This document shows positions 1-17,202 of a DNA stretch of 64,000 bases, in pieces; the first letter of the stretch is position 1, and each line of letters opens with the position of its first letter. This DNA is from the human T2T-CHM13v2.0 reference genome, Homo sapiens. The notes beneath the pieces are model-generated. The model ran no database searches. It had not been told where the DNA came from and saw only the letters and a program-made list of their open reading frames with translations. The position numbers and the translations under genes were made by a program. Where the stretch lies: the NCBI RefSeq assembly GCF_009914755.1, contig NC_060930.1; one strand, written 5' to 3'.

Positions 1-239
<239 letters not shown>

Positions 240-1121
240 TGAGTTTAGTGATGAAGGCACATTAAAAACAGAGATAGTATAAAAGCTAGGTCTCTTGTAT
301 CAAATAGCCAAGTTGGGAATGCAAAGGAAAGGTCTGGAAGGAAATTAAAAATGCTACTCTAGTGAACACATGAATGATAAGAAAGCCAAACAGCTTTATT
401 GCTGATATGGAGAAAGTTGCAGTGGTCTGGATAGTAGATCAAACCAGCCACAATAACTCCTTAAGCCAAAACCTAAACTAGAGCACAGCTCTAACTCTCT
501 TCAAGTCTGTGATGGCCCAGAGAGGTGAGGAAGCTGCAGAAGAAAGTTTGAAGCTAGCAGAGACTGGTTCATGAGGTTTAAGGAAGGAAGCTGTCTCCGT
601 AACATAGAAGTGCAAAGTGAAGCAGCAAGTGCTGATGGAGAAGCTGCAGCAAGTTATCAAAAAATCTAGCTAAGATCAGTGATGAAAGTGGCTGCACTAA
701 ACAAACAGATTTTCAACATAGATCAAACAGCCTTCTATTGGAAAACGATGCCATGTAGAACTTTCCTAACTAGAGAAGAGAAGTCAATTCCTGGCTTCAA
801 AGGACAGGCTTTTTTGTTAGAGGCTAATGGAGCATTTAAGTTGAACCTCATTCTCATTTACCAATCTAAGAATCCTAGGGCCCTTAAGAATTATGCTAAA
901 CCTATTCTGCCTTTGCTGCATAAATGGTATAACAAAACCTGGATGATAGCACATTTGTTTACAGCATGATTTACTGAACATTTTAAGTCCACTGTTGAGA
1001 ACTACTACTCAGAAAAAAAGATTCCTTTCAAAATATCACTGCTCACTGGCAACACACCTTGTCACCCAAGAGCTCTGATGGTGATGTACAAGGAGATTAA
1101 TATTGTTTTCATACCTGCTAA

Positions 1122-1457
<336 letters not shown>

Positions 1458-1722
1458 CGATCAAGGAGTAATTTTGACTTTCAAGTCTTATTATTTAAGA
1501 AATACATTTTATAACGCTATAGCTGCCATAGATAGAGATTCCTCTTATGGATCTGGGCAAAGTAAATTGAAAACCTTCTGGAAAAGATTTACCATTCTAG
1601 ATGCCATTAAGAACATTTGCAATTCATAGGAGAAGCTTAAAATGGCAACATGAATAGGAGTTTGGAAGAAGTTGATTCCAGCCTTCTAGGATGGCTTTGA
1701 GGGGTTAAGATTTCAATGGAGG

Positions 1723-2012
1723 GGCCAGGCGGTGGCTCATGCCTATAATCCCAGCACTTTGGGAGGCCAAGGCCGGTGGATCACAAGGTCAGGAGACCAG
1801 CCTGGCCAACATGATGAAATCCTGTCTCTACAAAAAATACAAATATTAGCTGGATGTGGCAGCGGGCACCTGTAATCCCAGCTACTCAGGAGGCTGAGGC
1901 AGGAGAATCGTTTGAACCTAGGAGGCAGAGGTTGCAGTGAGTCGAGATTGCGCCATTGTACTCCAGCCTGGGTGCCAGGGCGAGACTCCGTCTCAAAAAG
2001 AAAAAAAAAAAA
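1723..2012 (+). mobile_element. AluS inserted in Tigger1
   Basis: Alu consensus; TSD aagatttcaatggagg. Confidence 0.95.
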
Positions 2013-2386
2013 GATTTCAATGGAGGAACCTACTACAGATTGGATAGAACTAGCAAGAGAACTAGAATTAGAACTGGAGCCTGAAGATGTGTCTCAATTG
2101 CTGCAATCCCATGATTAACCGTGAATGAATGAGGACTTGCTTGTAGATGAGCAAAGAAAGTGGTTGCTTGAAAGAGAATCTACTCCTGGTGAAGGTGCCG
2201 TGAACATTGTTGAAATGACAAAACAAGCTATTTAGAGTAGTACATAAACTGCGTTGATAAACAGCTGTGGGATTTGAGAGGATTGACTCTAATTTTGAAA
2301 GAAGTTCTACTGTGAGTAAAATGTTCACATGCTAGAGAGAAATCTTTGTGAAAGGACGGGTCAATCAATATGGCAAACTTTATTGT

Positions 2387-2624
2387 CTTTTCTTTTTCTT
2401 TGAGACAGTCTCTCCCTGTTGTCCAGGCTGGAGTGCAGTGGTGTGATCTTGGCTCACTACAACCTCCACCTCCCGGGTTCAAGCAATTCTCTGCCTCAGC
2501 CTCCTGAGTAGAGACGGGGTTTCGCCCTGTTGGTCAGGCTGGTCTTGAACTCCTGACCTCGTGATCCACCCGTCTTGGCCTCCCAAAGTGCTGGGATTAC
2601 AGGCATGAGCCACCTCGCCTGGCC
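2387..2624 (-). mobile_element. Alu with internal deletion, inserted in Tigger1
   Basis: cctcctgagtag joined directly to agacggggtttc; TSD tattgtctt. Confidence 0.92.
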
Positions 2625-3109
2625 TATTGTCTTATTTTAAGAAATTGCCATAGCCACCTCGACCTTCAGCAATCACTACCCTGATCAGTCAGCAGCCATC
2701 CACATGGAGGCCAGACCTTCCACCAGCAAAAAGAATATGACTTGCTGAAGGCTCAGATGATCATTAGCAGTTTGTAGCAATAAAATATTTTAAAATTAAG
2801 GTATGTACATTTGTTTTAGGCATAATGCAATTGCACACTTAATAGTTATAGAGTAAACATAACATTTATATGCATTGGGAAACCAAAAAACTGGGACTCA
2901 CTTTATTGCAGTATTTGCTTTATTGTGGTGGTCTGGAACTAAACCTGTAATTTCTCTGAGGTATGCAGTATTTTCTCATGATTAAACACGATACATATAG
3001 ATACATATAAACCCGTGCCTTTTCTTTTTTTTCCGGTATCAGTGTTGTCCCAGTCTTTCTAGGTTGGTTGTCTCTGTAATGTCTTTGTTTTCTGCTTCAT
3101 TAATTTCCT

Positions 3110-3350
3110 TTTTTTCCCCATATAAGTAACCAGTTGTTCCCACATCATTTGTTGTAAAAACTTTTCTTTCCCTGTTCAATTGTTTTGATGCCTCAGTTGA
3201 AAATCAAATGACTGTATAAGTGTGAGTCTTTTTCTGGGTTTGTGATTCTATTTCATTGATCTCGTTATGTGTATTTACATTAATACTGCACTGTTTTGAT
3301 TACCATAGCTTTAGAGTAAGTTTTGGTATCAGGAAGTGTAAGCCCTACCC
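3110..3350 (-). mobile_element. Old L1 (L1M) ORF2 fragment
   Basis: cacatcatttgttg...gttgaaaatcaaatgactgtataagtgtgagtc...cactgttttgattaccatagcttt resembles antisense L1 ORF2 3' region. Confidence 0.7.
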
Positions 3351-3623
3351 TTATATTTAACATTCATATTTTACTAACAGTCTGAAATTGAACTTTAAAT
3401 CACCTCTGTCCTCCTCCTCCTGAACTATACAAAGCCTGTTAGAAAGTTTTAATTTCAATCTTGTCTGTCAATATTTGGTGTTATGTAGTTTCCCCTTGTT
3501 TTTTACCCCCTGAGTAATTTTTATTATTGCTTTTGGTTTTATTGTCAATGCTTATTTACATTTCTCAAGGCAGAGCAATTGCTTTGTTTACTCTTGTTAG
3601 GCAAGCATCTTTTTTTGTTGCTA

Positions 3624-3953
<330 letters not shown>

Positions 3954-4379
3954 GTGAATGGCAGTGTTTACATCTTTGTTAGTTTGAAATGTCTTTTTGT
4001 TGCCCTCATTCCTAGATGAAAGTTAAACTAGGTTTAGGGTTCTGTTATTTTCCCTGAGCACTGATTATATTATCATATCATTTTTTTTGTCTATACTGTT
4101 GTTAATGAGAAGTTTGCTGTTCTTATTATCACGTTTTTGTGTATGCGTGTTATTTCTATTATTCCCTCTTGTTGCGTCAATAATTTTGTTTTTTAAGTTT
4201 CACTGTGTTGTGTCTGGACTTATTTTTATTTATCTTGAAGACTTAATTATTATGTCTGTTGATTCATGTCTTTCATCAAGACTAAATTCTCAGGAATTTA
4301 TAACTATATACTCATATTTATTTATACAAATGTGGAATCATAAAATTATATATAAAATATATCTATAAATAAATAAATG

Positions 4380-4687
4380 GGCTGGGTGTGGTAGCTCATG
4401 CCTGTAATCCCAGCACTTTGGGAGGCCAAGGCAGGTGGATCATGAGGTCAGGAGTTCGAGACCAGTCTGGCCAAGATGGTGAAACCACGTCTCTACTAAA
4501 AATACAAAAATTAGCCTGGCGGGATGACGGGCGCTTGTAATCCCAGCTACTCAAGAAGCTGAGGCAGAGAATTGCCTGAATCCAGGAGGCAGAGGTTGCA
4601 GTGAGCTGAGATCACACCACTGCCCTCCAGCCTGGGAGACAGACCAAGACTCTGTCAAAAAAAAAATAATAATAATAATAATAATAA
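4380..4687 (+). mobile_element. AluS with (AAT)n tail
   Basis: Alu consensus dimer. Confidence 0.95.
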
Positions 4688-4790
4688 ATGTACCCTTTAT
4701 TCATATAAACTGCTTCTCCCCCTATTTTCCTATGCTTTCCTTCTGAAAAATTATGCAATGTATGATTGTCCTTCTCACTCTAGCCTTTAA

Positions 4791-5099
<309 letters not shown>

Positions 5100-5229
5100 T
5101 CTCTTCTGTATGTTTTAATCCTTATCTGTTTCATTCTGGGATATTTCCTTTGATATTTCTTCTACTTTATAATTCCTGTCATTAGCTGTGGTCTACTCTG
5201 CTCCTTAACTGAATATAGTGTCAGTGGCC

Positions 5230-5465
5230 CACACATTTCCCTGGGACCTTTCAGTGTTTTCTGGCTGACGTGCAGCTGCCAGTATTCCACTTTTTTTTTC
5301 TTCCTGGAACAGCAAGCTGGAAGTGTTGGGAAATAAATACCCTTTCTATCAGCTCTCTAACAACGATTCTCAAGAGTTGCTGTATAAATACCCTACTCCC
5401 TTACCCCTGTGGGGATAATTCTCAGGCCTGCGTTTTGTACCACATCTTGATGGTGTTTCCCTGTC
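5230..5465. mobile_element. ERVL LTR16/LTR33-like fragment
   Basis: gagttgctgtataaataccc...ggggataattctcagg is the reverse-complement counterpart of the element at 21.3-22.0 kb. Confidence 0.5.
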
Positions 5466-5563
5466 TCCAACTAGTGATCCACCCACCTCAGTCTCCTGAA
5501 GTGCTGGGATTGCAGGCATGAACCACTGCACCTGGTCTCCAATACTAAATGCTAGTAAGTAGT

Positions 5564-5680
5564 ATTTTTCCTTATACTGGGGTATATGTCAAGCATGAGT
5601 TAATTTTTCCTTATACTGGGGTATATGTCAAGCTTGAGTTAATTTTTCCTCATGCTGGGGTATATGTCAAGCATGAGTTA
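5564..5680. repeat. Minisatellite, 3 x 39 bp
   Basis: Unit atttttccttatactggggtatatgtcaagcatgagtta at 5564, 5603 and 5642, with 1-2 mismatches per copy. Confidence 0.95.
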
Positions 5681-5904
5681 TAGAGGCTAACCAGGAGTGG
5701 TATGTTATTGCAGTATCTCTGCTCACTTCTGAATTTTCTGAGTTCTAACTAACCCACCATCTATTCCTTTTAGTTATAATCAAGAGCTCAAAGTTCAACT
5801 AGCCATTTCATAGAAAAGAAAAAGATTGAATAGTACATTCTTCTCTCAAATGATTTTAGTGATCTCAGTACAGAAATGAAAAATAGATGAGAATTCAAGT
5901 GAGG

Positions 5905-6095
5905 TGTATCTAGATTTGAATTCTAGTTTTGTCCCTCACTCTTCCATGAACTTGAGCAAGTTGCTTCACTTCTACAAGAAGTGGGCATGATAGATAATGC
6001 CTACCTTTTTGGGGGTGATGTATGCATTAAATGAAATTGCTAATATTGAGACAGCATAATTATCTGGCACATTATAAGCCTATAATAAATACTTT
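5905..6095 (+). mobile_element. MIR
   Basis: tttgaattctagtttt...aacttgagcaagttgcttcacttct...attaaatgaaat...tctggcacat resembles the MIR core. Confidence 0.65.
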
Positions 6096-6783
6096 TCTTC
6101 CCTCATTTTACAACATATTTTCTAGTTTCCCTATGCATTTAAATTGTATTATAAAATTTGTCCAAAATGAGGGTTTTTTTCTGAATTTGTTTCAACCAAA
6201 TGTTTAATAGGGACCTTTCATCTGTCAGCAGAGGCTACACACAAGTAAATAATACAGATTCTCAAGGAGCTCATAGACTGTGCCTGAAATTGATTTATGT
6301 CTCTATTTAATGTATTAACCTTCATAAATGAACTTGTGTTTCAAGTGAGTTTGTATTGATTTGCCCATACTGCTTCCCTTTGTCCTCCATGTGACCCAGG
6401 TCACAAGGGCTTCAGAGTGGACAGGGCTTAAGACAAAAGCAGTCTCACTATGGAAAGAGCAAGGCCAAATCCATGAGATTAGTATATTAGCAGGGCATAC
6501 TAATTGGCCAAGCTAAGGTTTGAATTTACATGCTGTATTCTCACTTATGCCCAAAACATCAAAGCAAGCACTAAATATTTTTAAAAATTGAGGAGTATCA
6601 GAGGACAAAAATAACCCAGTACTTGGATAAAAAGCCACTTTTCATGGAAGGGAAAATGAGAAGCATATATAGAAGGGAGTTTAACCTTGTGATGGGTAAA
6701 AATGCCATGCATGTGACCAAAGACCTTTAAAATAGAGCCTTGTTGGAAATAGAGCCTTCAATGATAGAAGCTGATTAGGGAGG

Positions 6784-7245
<462 letters not shown>

Positions 7246-7698
7246 CACAATGTAGATACAGCAAAGAAATAGTGGAACCTGGCTGATTGAATGTAGGGGT
7301 TCTCTAGGAAACTACCTCACTTCCTTATTTCTGTGGCTAAAATGGTAAGGCACTGTGCTTTTTTTTTTTTTTTTTTTTTGACTTGTCAACCTACATGTGA
7401 ATGTGTATTTATGCTTCCTGTGACCCGCTCCACTTAGAGAAGTCAGAAGCTTTGTATATAAAGTATTATTATGTAGAGATGATAATAATGTGTTTTCTGA
7501 CTCAAAGCCTTTCTCTGATAATCATCTAGCACTTATTTCTCAAGGTGCTTTTACATCTATTTTCCCTGTTGAGCTACAGAGCCCGGGAGGCATTACCATT
7601 GTTTCATGGATTTGAGGAAATGTAAACGCAGAGAGGTTGGTGCCTCAACACAAGTCTTAGTACAAGCAGGACTGGAACTTGTGACTTCTGGGTCCTGA

Positions 7699-8340
<642 letters not shown>

Positions 8341-9989
8341 TACACTCTTTACACCATATAATGTTTGAACTTTCATGACTGGTCTTGACACTAAAACTTT
8401 TGTGTAAAGAGGAAAAAAACGATCAATCACATGAATGTAAGAAGGAATAATAAGGTATGACCACCACCAAGATAACTGAAATTTTGACTTGCTGTCCAAA
8501 TGTTTTGGCATTAGGTAGCCATAGCGTGAACATAAAAAGAATTGAACACAAATGTTAAATTGAAATAATTCTAAACCAGGCCATGCTTGTCATTCCAGCT
8601 AGCAAATACAAAAGGTCAATTTGAAAAGCTAGGCATCACTGGGTTAATCAGTCATAAAACACCTTTCCCTAAGCTTATCAGCTTATCAGGGCATTCAATT
8701 TCCCTATTTGTAAAAAGAGACTGAAAATTATTTGTGCCCTGATTCATGTGCTACATTTTACATAAATGTAAAAGATAAAACTGAATTTTTGAGATAACTG
8801 TTCTATAGGAACTAAGGGTAGGAAAACTAAATTAATGAAAGAAGAGATGAGATTAGCATACACAATGTTTACCTTCTCACCTTGAATAGATGCCAGAGAA
8901 GAGCAGCAAATCTGACTTTATGCTTCTGAGGAGTAAAGCAAAGAGGGAACCTGATTAATTGCAAGATTTATCCATAAGATTAAAGCCAAACTATAGGTGA
9001 AACACTTTTTGATCCTAAAACCTGTGAAATATTTATCCTATGGATTCTCATAAAGAGGACATGGTACGAGAGAGTGAAAAATGTCCTTGGCAACATCGCT
9101 ACAATAGACACAAAAAGAGCTTTCATGTCTCTGGTTCTTTGATATCGTTTAGTAAAGGCCAATGGTGTAATACCAAGGCACATTCTACAAGGGGTCAGTG
9201 AGGATCTGTGTTCTGAAGTTCTAATTTCATGTGTAGCGAAAATAATGGGAATATAATATAATTTGAGCTCAAACTCAATTTCAAAACATAGCTAAAATGC
9301 TAAGTTTTTATAGTAAAGTTTATCAAATTCCGTGTATGCAGACTATATAAATAACGGTGTATGGAGACACAGCAGGGGGTGGGAGAAGAGCAGTTACCTT
9401 ACCATGGTCTTACCATGAAAGCATAACCCGATGGGTCCGATGTTCTTCTGAGCACGTTTCCCTGAGGCAGATACAGTTTAGGGAAAAAGAGTATAATGGG
9501 TTGGATGGCAATAGAATTTGTTGGATAAGTAAGCAGGTGAACTATGAAGGTAATTAGATAATGGATTGATATCAAAGTAGAGGGAAATTTTTAACGTCCT
9601 TCCTCAGGGCTCTCACCAGAACTTATTAATCCCTTTATGAAATCAATGACTTGGCTAAAGATATGGAATTTGTGATTGGCAGATTTATCATATTAGATCT
9701 AAGTGCCAGAACAAACAAACAGATTCTCAGCAGATTAGAGTGATGAGATAATGCTATCAAGATCAACATCAACAAGGATGAAAAGAAGGCCACATATTTT
9801 TGACCTGGTAGAAGGGGAAACACTGTCTTGGTATTGTTCCCCAGTCTTTTCATGTCATTCTTCAAATTAAACAAACATTGCATTGAAGGCCTGTTGTGTG
9901 CCAGGCACTATGCTAGGTAGCAGAAATACAACGATAAATAAGGCACACACCCTAGTATGGAAGACATATATAGGAAACGCCAGACTGTG

Positions 9990-10731
<742 letters not shown>

Positions 10732-11220
10732 GGTGTGTAAGTGTTGTAATGAAGACAAATTTGGTACAATAGTGGCATGGAGTGTGGGGAGAGTTCAGTT
10801 CCTTGGAAGTTGAAGATCAGGAAAGGCTCCAATGAGAAGGCAAGCCCAAGTTAAAAAATAGACCTTCACTAGGCCTGGGCCTTGGGGAGTGGAGGGGTAA
10901 CAGACAGAACAACACAGGAGAGGTGTATTCAGGGAGCTACAAGTGATTTTGTTTGGATGGAGACGTTGATGTGTGGGGAGGGGAGATGGTAGGCAATGAT
11001 GTAGTGAGGGTAGATAAGGCCATTAGAGAGGAAACTGTTTGGACTCTGGCAGTGGAGACAGCCATTGATTGATTTTTTTTTTCTTACATATAGGAATAAT
11101 GTGATCAAAATGGCATTTTTATAAAGGTCACTCTGGAATAGTGCTTCAGATGGTTTGGACATGGCGCTAGGGTAATTATGGAGAAGAAAACCAATTTGGA
11201 GCCTGCATTAGTCTGCTTAG

Positions 11221-11697
<477 letters not shown>

Positions 11698-11894
11698 TGA
11701 CCTCGTGATCCACCCGCCTCTGCCTCCCAAAGTGCTGGGATTACAGGCGTGAGCCACCACACCTGGCCTGTCCCTTCTTATAAGGACACTAATCCTAGGG
11801 GATCAGGGCCCCACCCTTATGACCCCATTCAACCTTAATTACTTTCTTAGAGTTCCTGTCTCCAAATATAGTCACACTGGGGGTTAGGGTTTTT

Positions 11895-13087
11895 TATGGT
11901 TAATATTAAGTGTCAACTTGACTGGATCTAAAGATGCCAAGTATTGTTCCTGGGTGTGTTTGTGGGGGTGTTACCAGAGGAGATTAACATTTGAGTCAGT
12001 GGACTGGGAGTGGAAGACCCACCCTCAGTGTGGGTGGGCACCATCCAATTGGCAGCCAGCACAACTAAAAAAGCAGACAGGAAAAGGTGGAATAAGCTGG
12101 CTTGCTGAGTCTTCCAGCTTTCATCTTTCTTCCATGCTGGATGCCTCCTGTCCTAGAATGTCAGACTCCAGGTTCTTTGGCCTTGGACTCTTGGACCTAC
12201 ATCAGTGGTTTGCCAGGAGCTCTCTGGTCTTCAGCCACAGACTGAAAGCTGCACTGTCGGCTTCCCTACTTTTGAGGCTTTGGGACTTGGATGGAGCCAC
12301 TCCTGGCTTCCTTGCCCCTCAGCTTGCAGATGGCCTATCGTGGGACTCCTTCACTTTGTGATCATGTGAGTCAATTCTCCTTAATAAACACGCTTTTCAT
12401 TCGGCTCCAATGAGTGGAGGAACACCAGGGTTCTTCGTCTTGAGTCGGATTAGATAAAACGACACGGACACACGTGGAGTGGTTTTAAGGAGCAGAGATT
12501 TTAATAGGCAAGAAGGAAAGGAGAAGATGGAAGAAGCTCCACCATACAGAGACAGAGGGAGGGGGGCTCCAAAGCTGAGAGAGGAGACCCTATGTGCCAC
12601 AGATACCAGCTGGGTATATGAAGAGGCTGGAGGAGGCGGTGTTTGATTTGCATGGGGCTCAGGGGATTAGTTTGACCAGGTATGTCATTCACGTAGCCAG
12701 TGAAAAAAGGCCCTCCCACCCTATTCTTTTAATATGCAAATGCAGGGAGCCATGATATTCTGCACACGTGGGGAAACCTAGGGGTGGCCATGTTGCCAGG
12801 CACATGTCTGGGCAAGGGCAAGAAGGCTGCCAGAATCTCCATGTTTGGGTGGACCCAGTTTCTAATGGCCTATATTTGCATATCAAAGGCTGCCGGCCTG
12901 GCTTTAAGAGCCCGGACTTTCCAGCTAGACAAGAAACGTTTCTGGAGCTGCTTTAAAAACGAAAACTTTCCAAGGACCCCTTTTCCTCTCTATCAGCCTA
13001 AAATAATTTCTTAATAACTCCTACCACGCTTTCATATATACATCTATCCTATTAGTTCTGTCCCTCTGAAGAACCCTGACTAATACA
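11895..13087 (+). mobile_element. MLT2A (ERVL LTR), split by the MER61-type LTR
   Basis: atggttaatattaagtgtcaacttgactggat...ccttaataaac then catatatacatctatcctattagttctgtccctctgaagaaccctgactaataca. Confidence 0.88.
12397..13026 (-). mobile_element. ERV1 solo LTR, MER61/LTR9 (HUERS-P3 group)
   Basis: Minus strand begins tggtaggagttattaagaaattattttaggctgatagagaggaaaaggggtcc; short TSD cgctt. Confidence 0.78.
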
Positions 13088-13404
13088 GGCTTCAATATGT
13101 GAACTTGGGGGGTACACAAACATTCAGTCCAGAGACCATTACAATTGTTTAGGTAAAAGAGGATGAGGGCCTGAACTAAGTAGTAGTCAGAGGGTAGGTG
13201 GGGAAGGATGTCAGAGATGCTAAGGAAATGAAATGAAAGAGAGGATTCTTTGCTGATGTAGGCAATGGCCGGGGCAGGGAGGGGAGAGTGGAGAGCACAG
13301 GGCAGCTCCCACATTTTTTGTTCTCTTGTAGGTTAGATGGTAGTACTGCTAAGAAGAATAAAGATTGTGGGGGAGGGTTTCTGATCTTGAAGAAATGCTG
13401 GTCA

Positions 13405-13721
<317 letters not shown>

Positions 13722-14002
13722 ATTGCTGACAAGATCAGTTTAAGATATGTTAAGTGTGAGATATCTGTGAGACATGTGCTGAACATGGAGGAGGTAGTTG
13801 CAGTTATAGGTGTTTGTTTCAAGAAAGAATAACCTGGGCTGGAGGTACAGAGACCGGAGTCATCAGCACTCAGTGCCCCATTGGATGCAATCGGCTTGGA
13901 TAGACAGTGAAGAATAAGAAGAGAAAAGGACCAAGGATTGTTCTTGGAGGGAAACTGTACATTGAGACACCAAAAACTCTTGCTAATTGTCTTATTACTT
14001 CA

Positions 14003-14368
<366 letters not shown>

Positions 14369-15865
14369 TTAATAATTTATATTTTTCCATATCAGGCTCT
14401 CACCCACATTCTTAACAATTTTGTCTGAGCACATACCCACTTTTATTGTTGACTCATAGTGATATTTTTTGCTAATAAATGAGAGAAGCCTCTGGAAGGT
14501 GCTGTAATAGGTAAAGGATTATACTTAGCTGCAAATTTAACCTCTGTAATTCCAGCTGCAGAATGTAGTCATTTATTACAGGGAAAAATTGCTGGCTATG
14601 AAGAAGACAAATGGTTGCCTCTTTGCCCTAGTTTAAATAGGATGATGGCCCTTGTGTATTCCCCTAAGATGAAGGTCTGACCACCTGTGAGCCAGGCTGG
14701 GAAGGTCTGTTATCAGAGTCCCTGCCTGTGTTCTGGATCCAGGTATCTGTTTCCAGCTTTTTTTCTGAGGGCTCAGCTTGCCAGCAAATAAAAAGCAAAT
14801 ATAACTAATAAAGAGAGAAAAAACTACTACAAAACTGAAGGAAACCTCGTATGACATTAACATAAACCAGAAGGAAAAGTAAATATCGAAACTGAGTATA
14901 TAGAGCAGGCAATAACCCATGCAAATGTACAAGATTGCCTATTCCAAATAGGTAGAGAAAGTGTGATCAGTGTAATTGTTCATACACAGGGCAATATATT
15001 AGAAAGCATGGGATAGAAAGCAGGTGGCCGGAGGAAAAGCCACCTTGTTTATTCCTTATGCTTCTCAGTTGTGTCTATTGGTGATAGGCTTCCCAGATTG
15101 AGTAAGTCAAAGCTATAATAAAAATGCCTCTCTGAGAAGCTTTTATGCCTAGGATAACCTTGAGCTTTTTGTGTTTTGTTTTAGCCCAGAGGAGAAAGTC
15201 TAATAATACCTCTCTCCACAAAACAAAATATTCACCAGTTCTATTCTTGTTTAAGGCTGTTATCATCTCAAATAAGTATTTCCATAGGAAAAATAAAAAG
15301 TCATGGCAAAGTTACATGAATTTTGGAGCACAAATATAATGCAGAATCAAAAGAAAACAGGTAAGACTGTTTCCATTCAATTGTACTGCCTTTGGGGTAA
15401 AGATTTTATCTAAGTCAGATATAAGGGATAAGTGTTATGCAACAGAGAGCCAGGAGTGGAACCCCCAAATAATGCCATTTAGCATCATTAGAATAGGATC
15501 AGGATCTTTTTTTCTCCCAGGAAGTTAAAGGTATTTCTGCTGCATAATCATGTTAGCCTGAAGACTGCTTTATATCTACATAGGGTGATCATCCAAGAAC
15601 ATGAGTTTGAAATCAGAAGCTGTGATGTACTTTTTACTGAAAAAGGTACCACCCATTCATCTAACTAATGGCGAGGTTTCAGAGAAAGCACTATAATGGA
15701 CAGAAAACTGATTCCACATGAAGTGTATATTATAACAGCACAAATGTTAGGACAGTTATCTGATAGGATCTGGGAGTGAAACAGCAGGACTGCAAAGGTG
15801 CTGGGGAGGAAAGGAAATAAACATCTGTAGGGAGAAATATTTCAATCTGTATTTAAAAGATATTG

Positions 15866-16176
15866 GCTGGGCGTGGTGGCTCATGCCTGTAATCCCAGCA
15901 CTTTGGGAGGCCGAGTTGGGCACATCGCTAGAGCCCAGGGGTTCAAAACCACCCTGGGCAATATGGTGAAACCCTGTCTCTACAAAAACTACAAGAAAAC
16001 CGGCTGGTCATGGTGGAGCTCACCTGTAGTCCCAGCTACTCAGGATGGGGAGGATTGCTTTAGTCCAGGAGGTCAAATCTGCAGTGAGCTAAGATCACAC
16101 TACTGTACTCCAGCCTGGGCAACAGAACAAGACCCTGTCTCAAAAAAAAAAAAAAAGAAAAAGAAAAAGAAAAAAA
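15866..16176 (+). mobile_element. AluJ
   Basis: Diverged Alu with gaggattgcttt...ggaggtcaa AluJ-type segment. Confidence 0.9.
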
Positions 16177-16540
16177 GTAGTGCTGCTGATTAGGGAATCT
16201 AGTTTCTGATGTAACTTATGTAGATCAGAGATCTCTTGAGAATTTGTGTAGCTTTTGTTTTCAACGCCCATCATCCTTAAGGAAGATCATTTACTGAAAT
16301 TCCAGACCTTTATAGTTGAGAAGAAAAGCTGAGACTCAAAAGGAAATTTACCATCTACTATCTCACTGCTTTAACTTTCTTTCTAAACGATAGAACTCAA
16401 TAAATGTCAGCTGTTTTTACTTGTCAGGTTTATGTGGTAAGCACTTTACATTTTGGATGACATTTTATCTTTACAGTCTTACAATGCAGGTAGTGATATT
16501 TGTTTTACACATGGTAACAGCGGTTCAAAAAGCTGAAGTA

Positions 16541-17202
<662 letters not shown>

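Noticed and set aside
5564-5680. CRISPR-like appearance of the 39-bp repeats
   Set aside because: Head-to-tail copies with no spacers, in eukaryotic DNA with no cas genes
11918-13014. 147-aa and shorter ORFs
   Set aside because: They lie entirely within MLT2A and MER61-type LTRs
15184-15360. Plus-strand exon ending at CAG|GTAAGA (15360)
   Set aside because: Isolated donor upstream of the promoter with no supporting + strand exon chain
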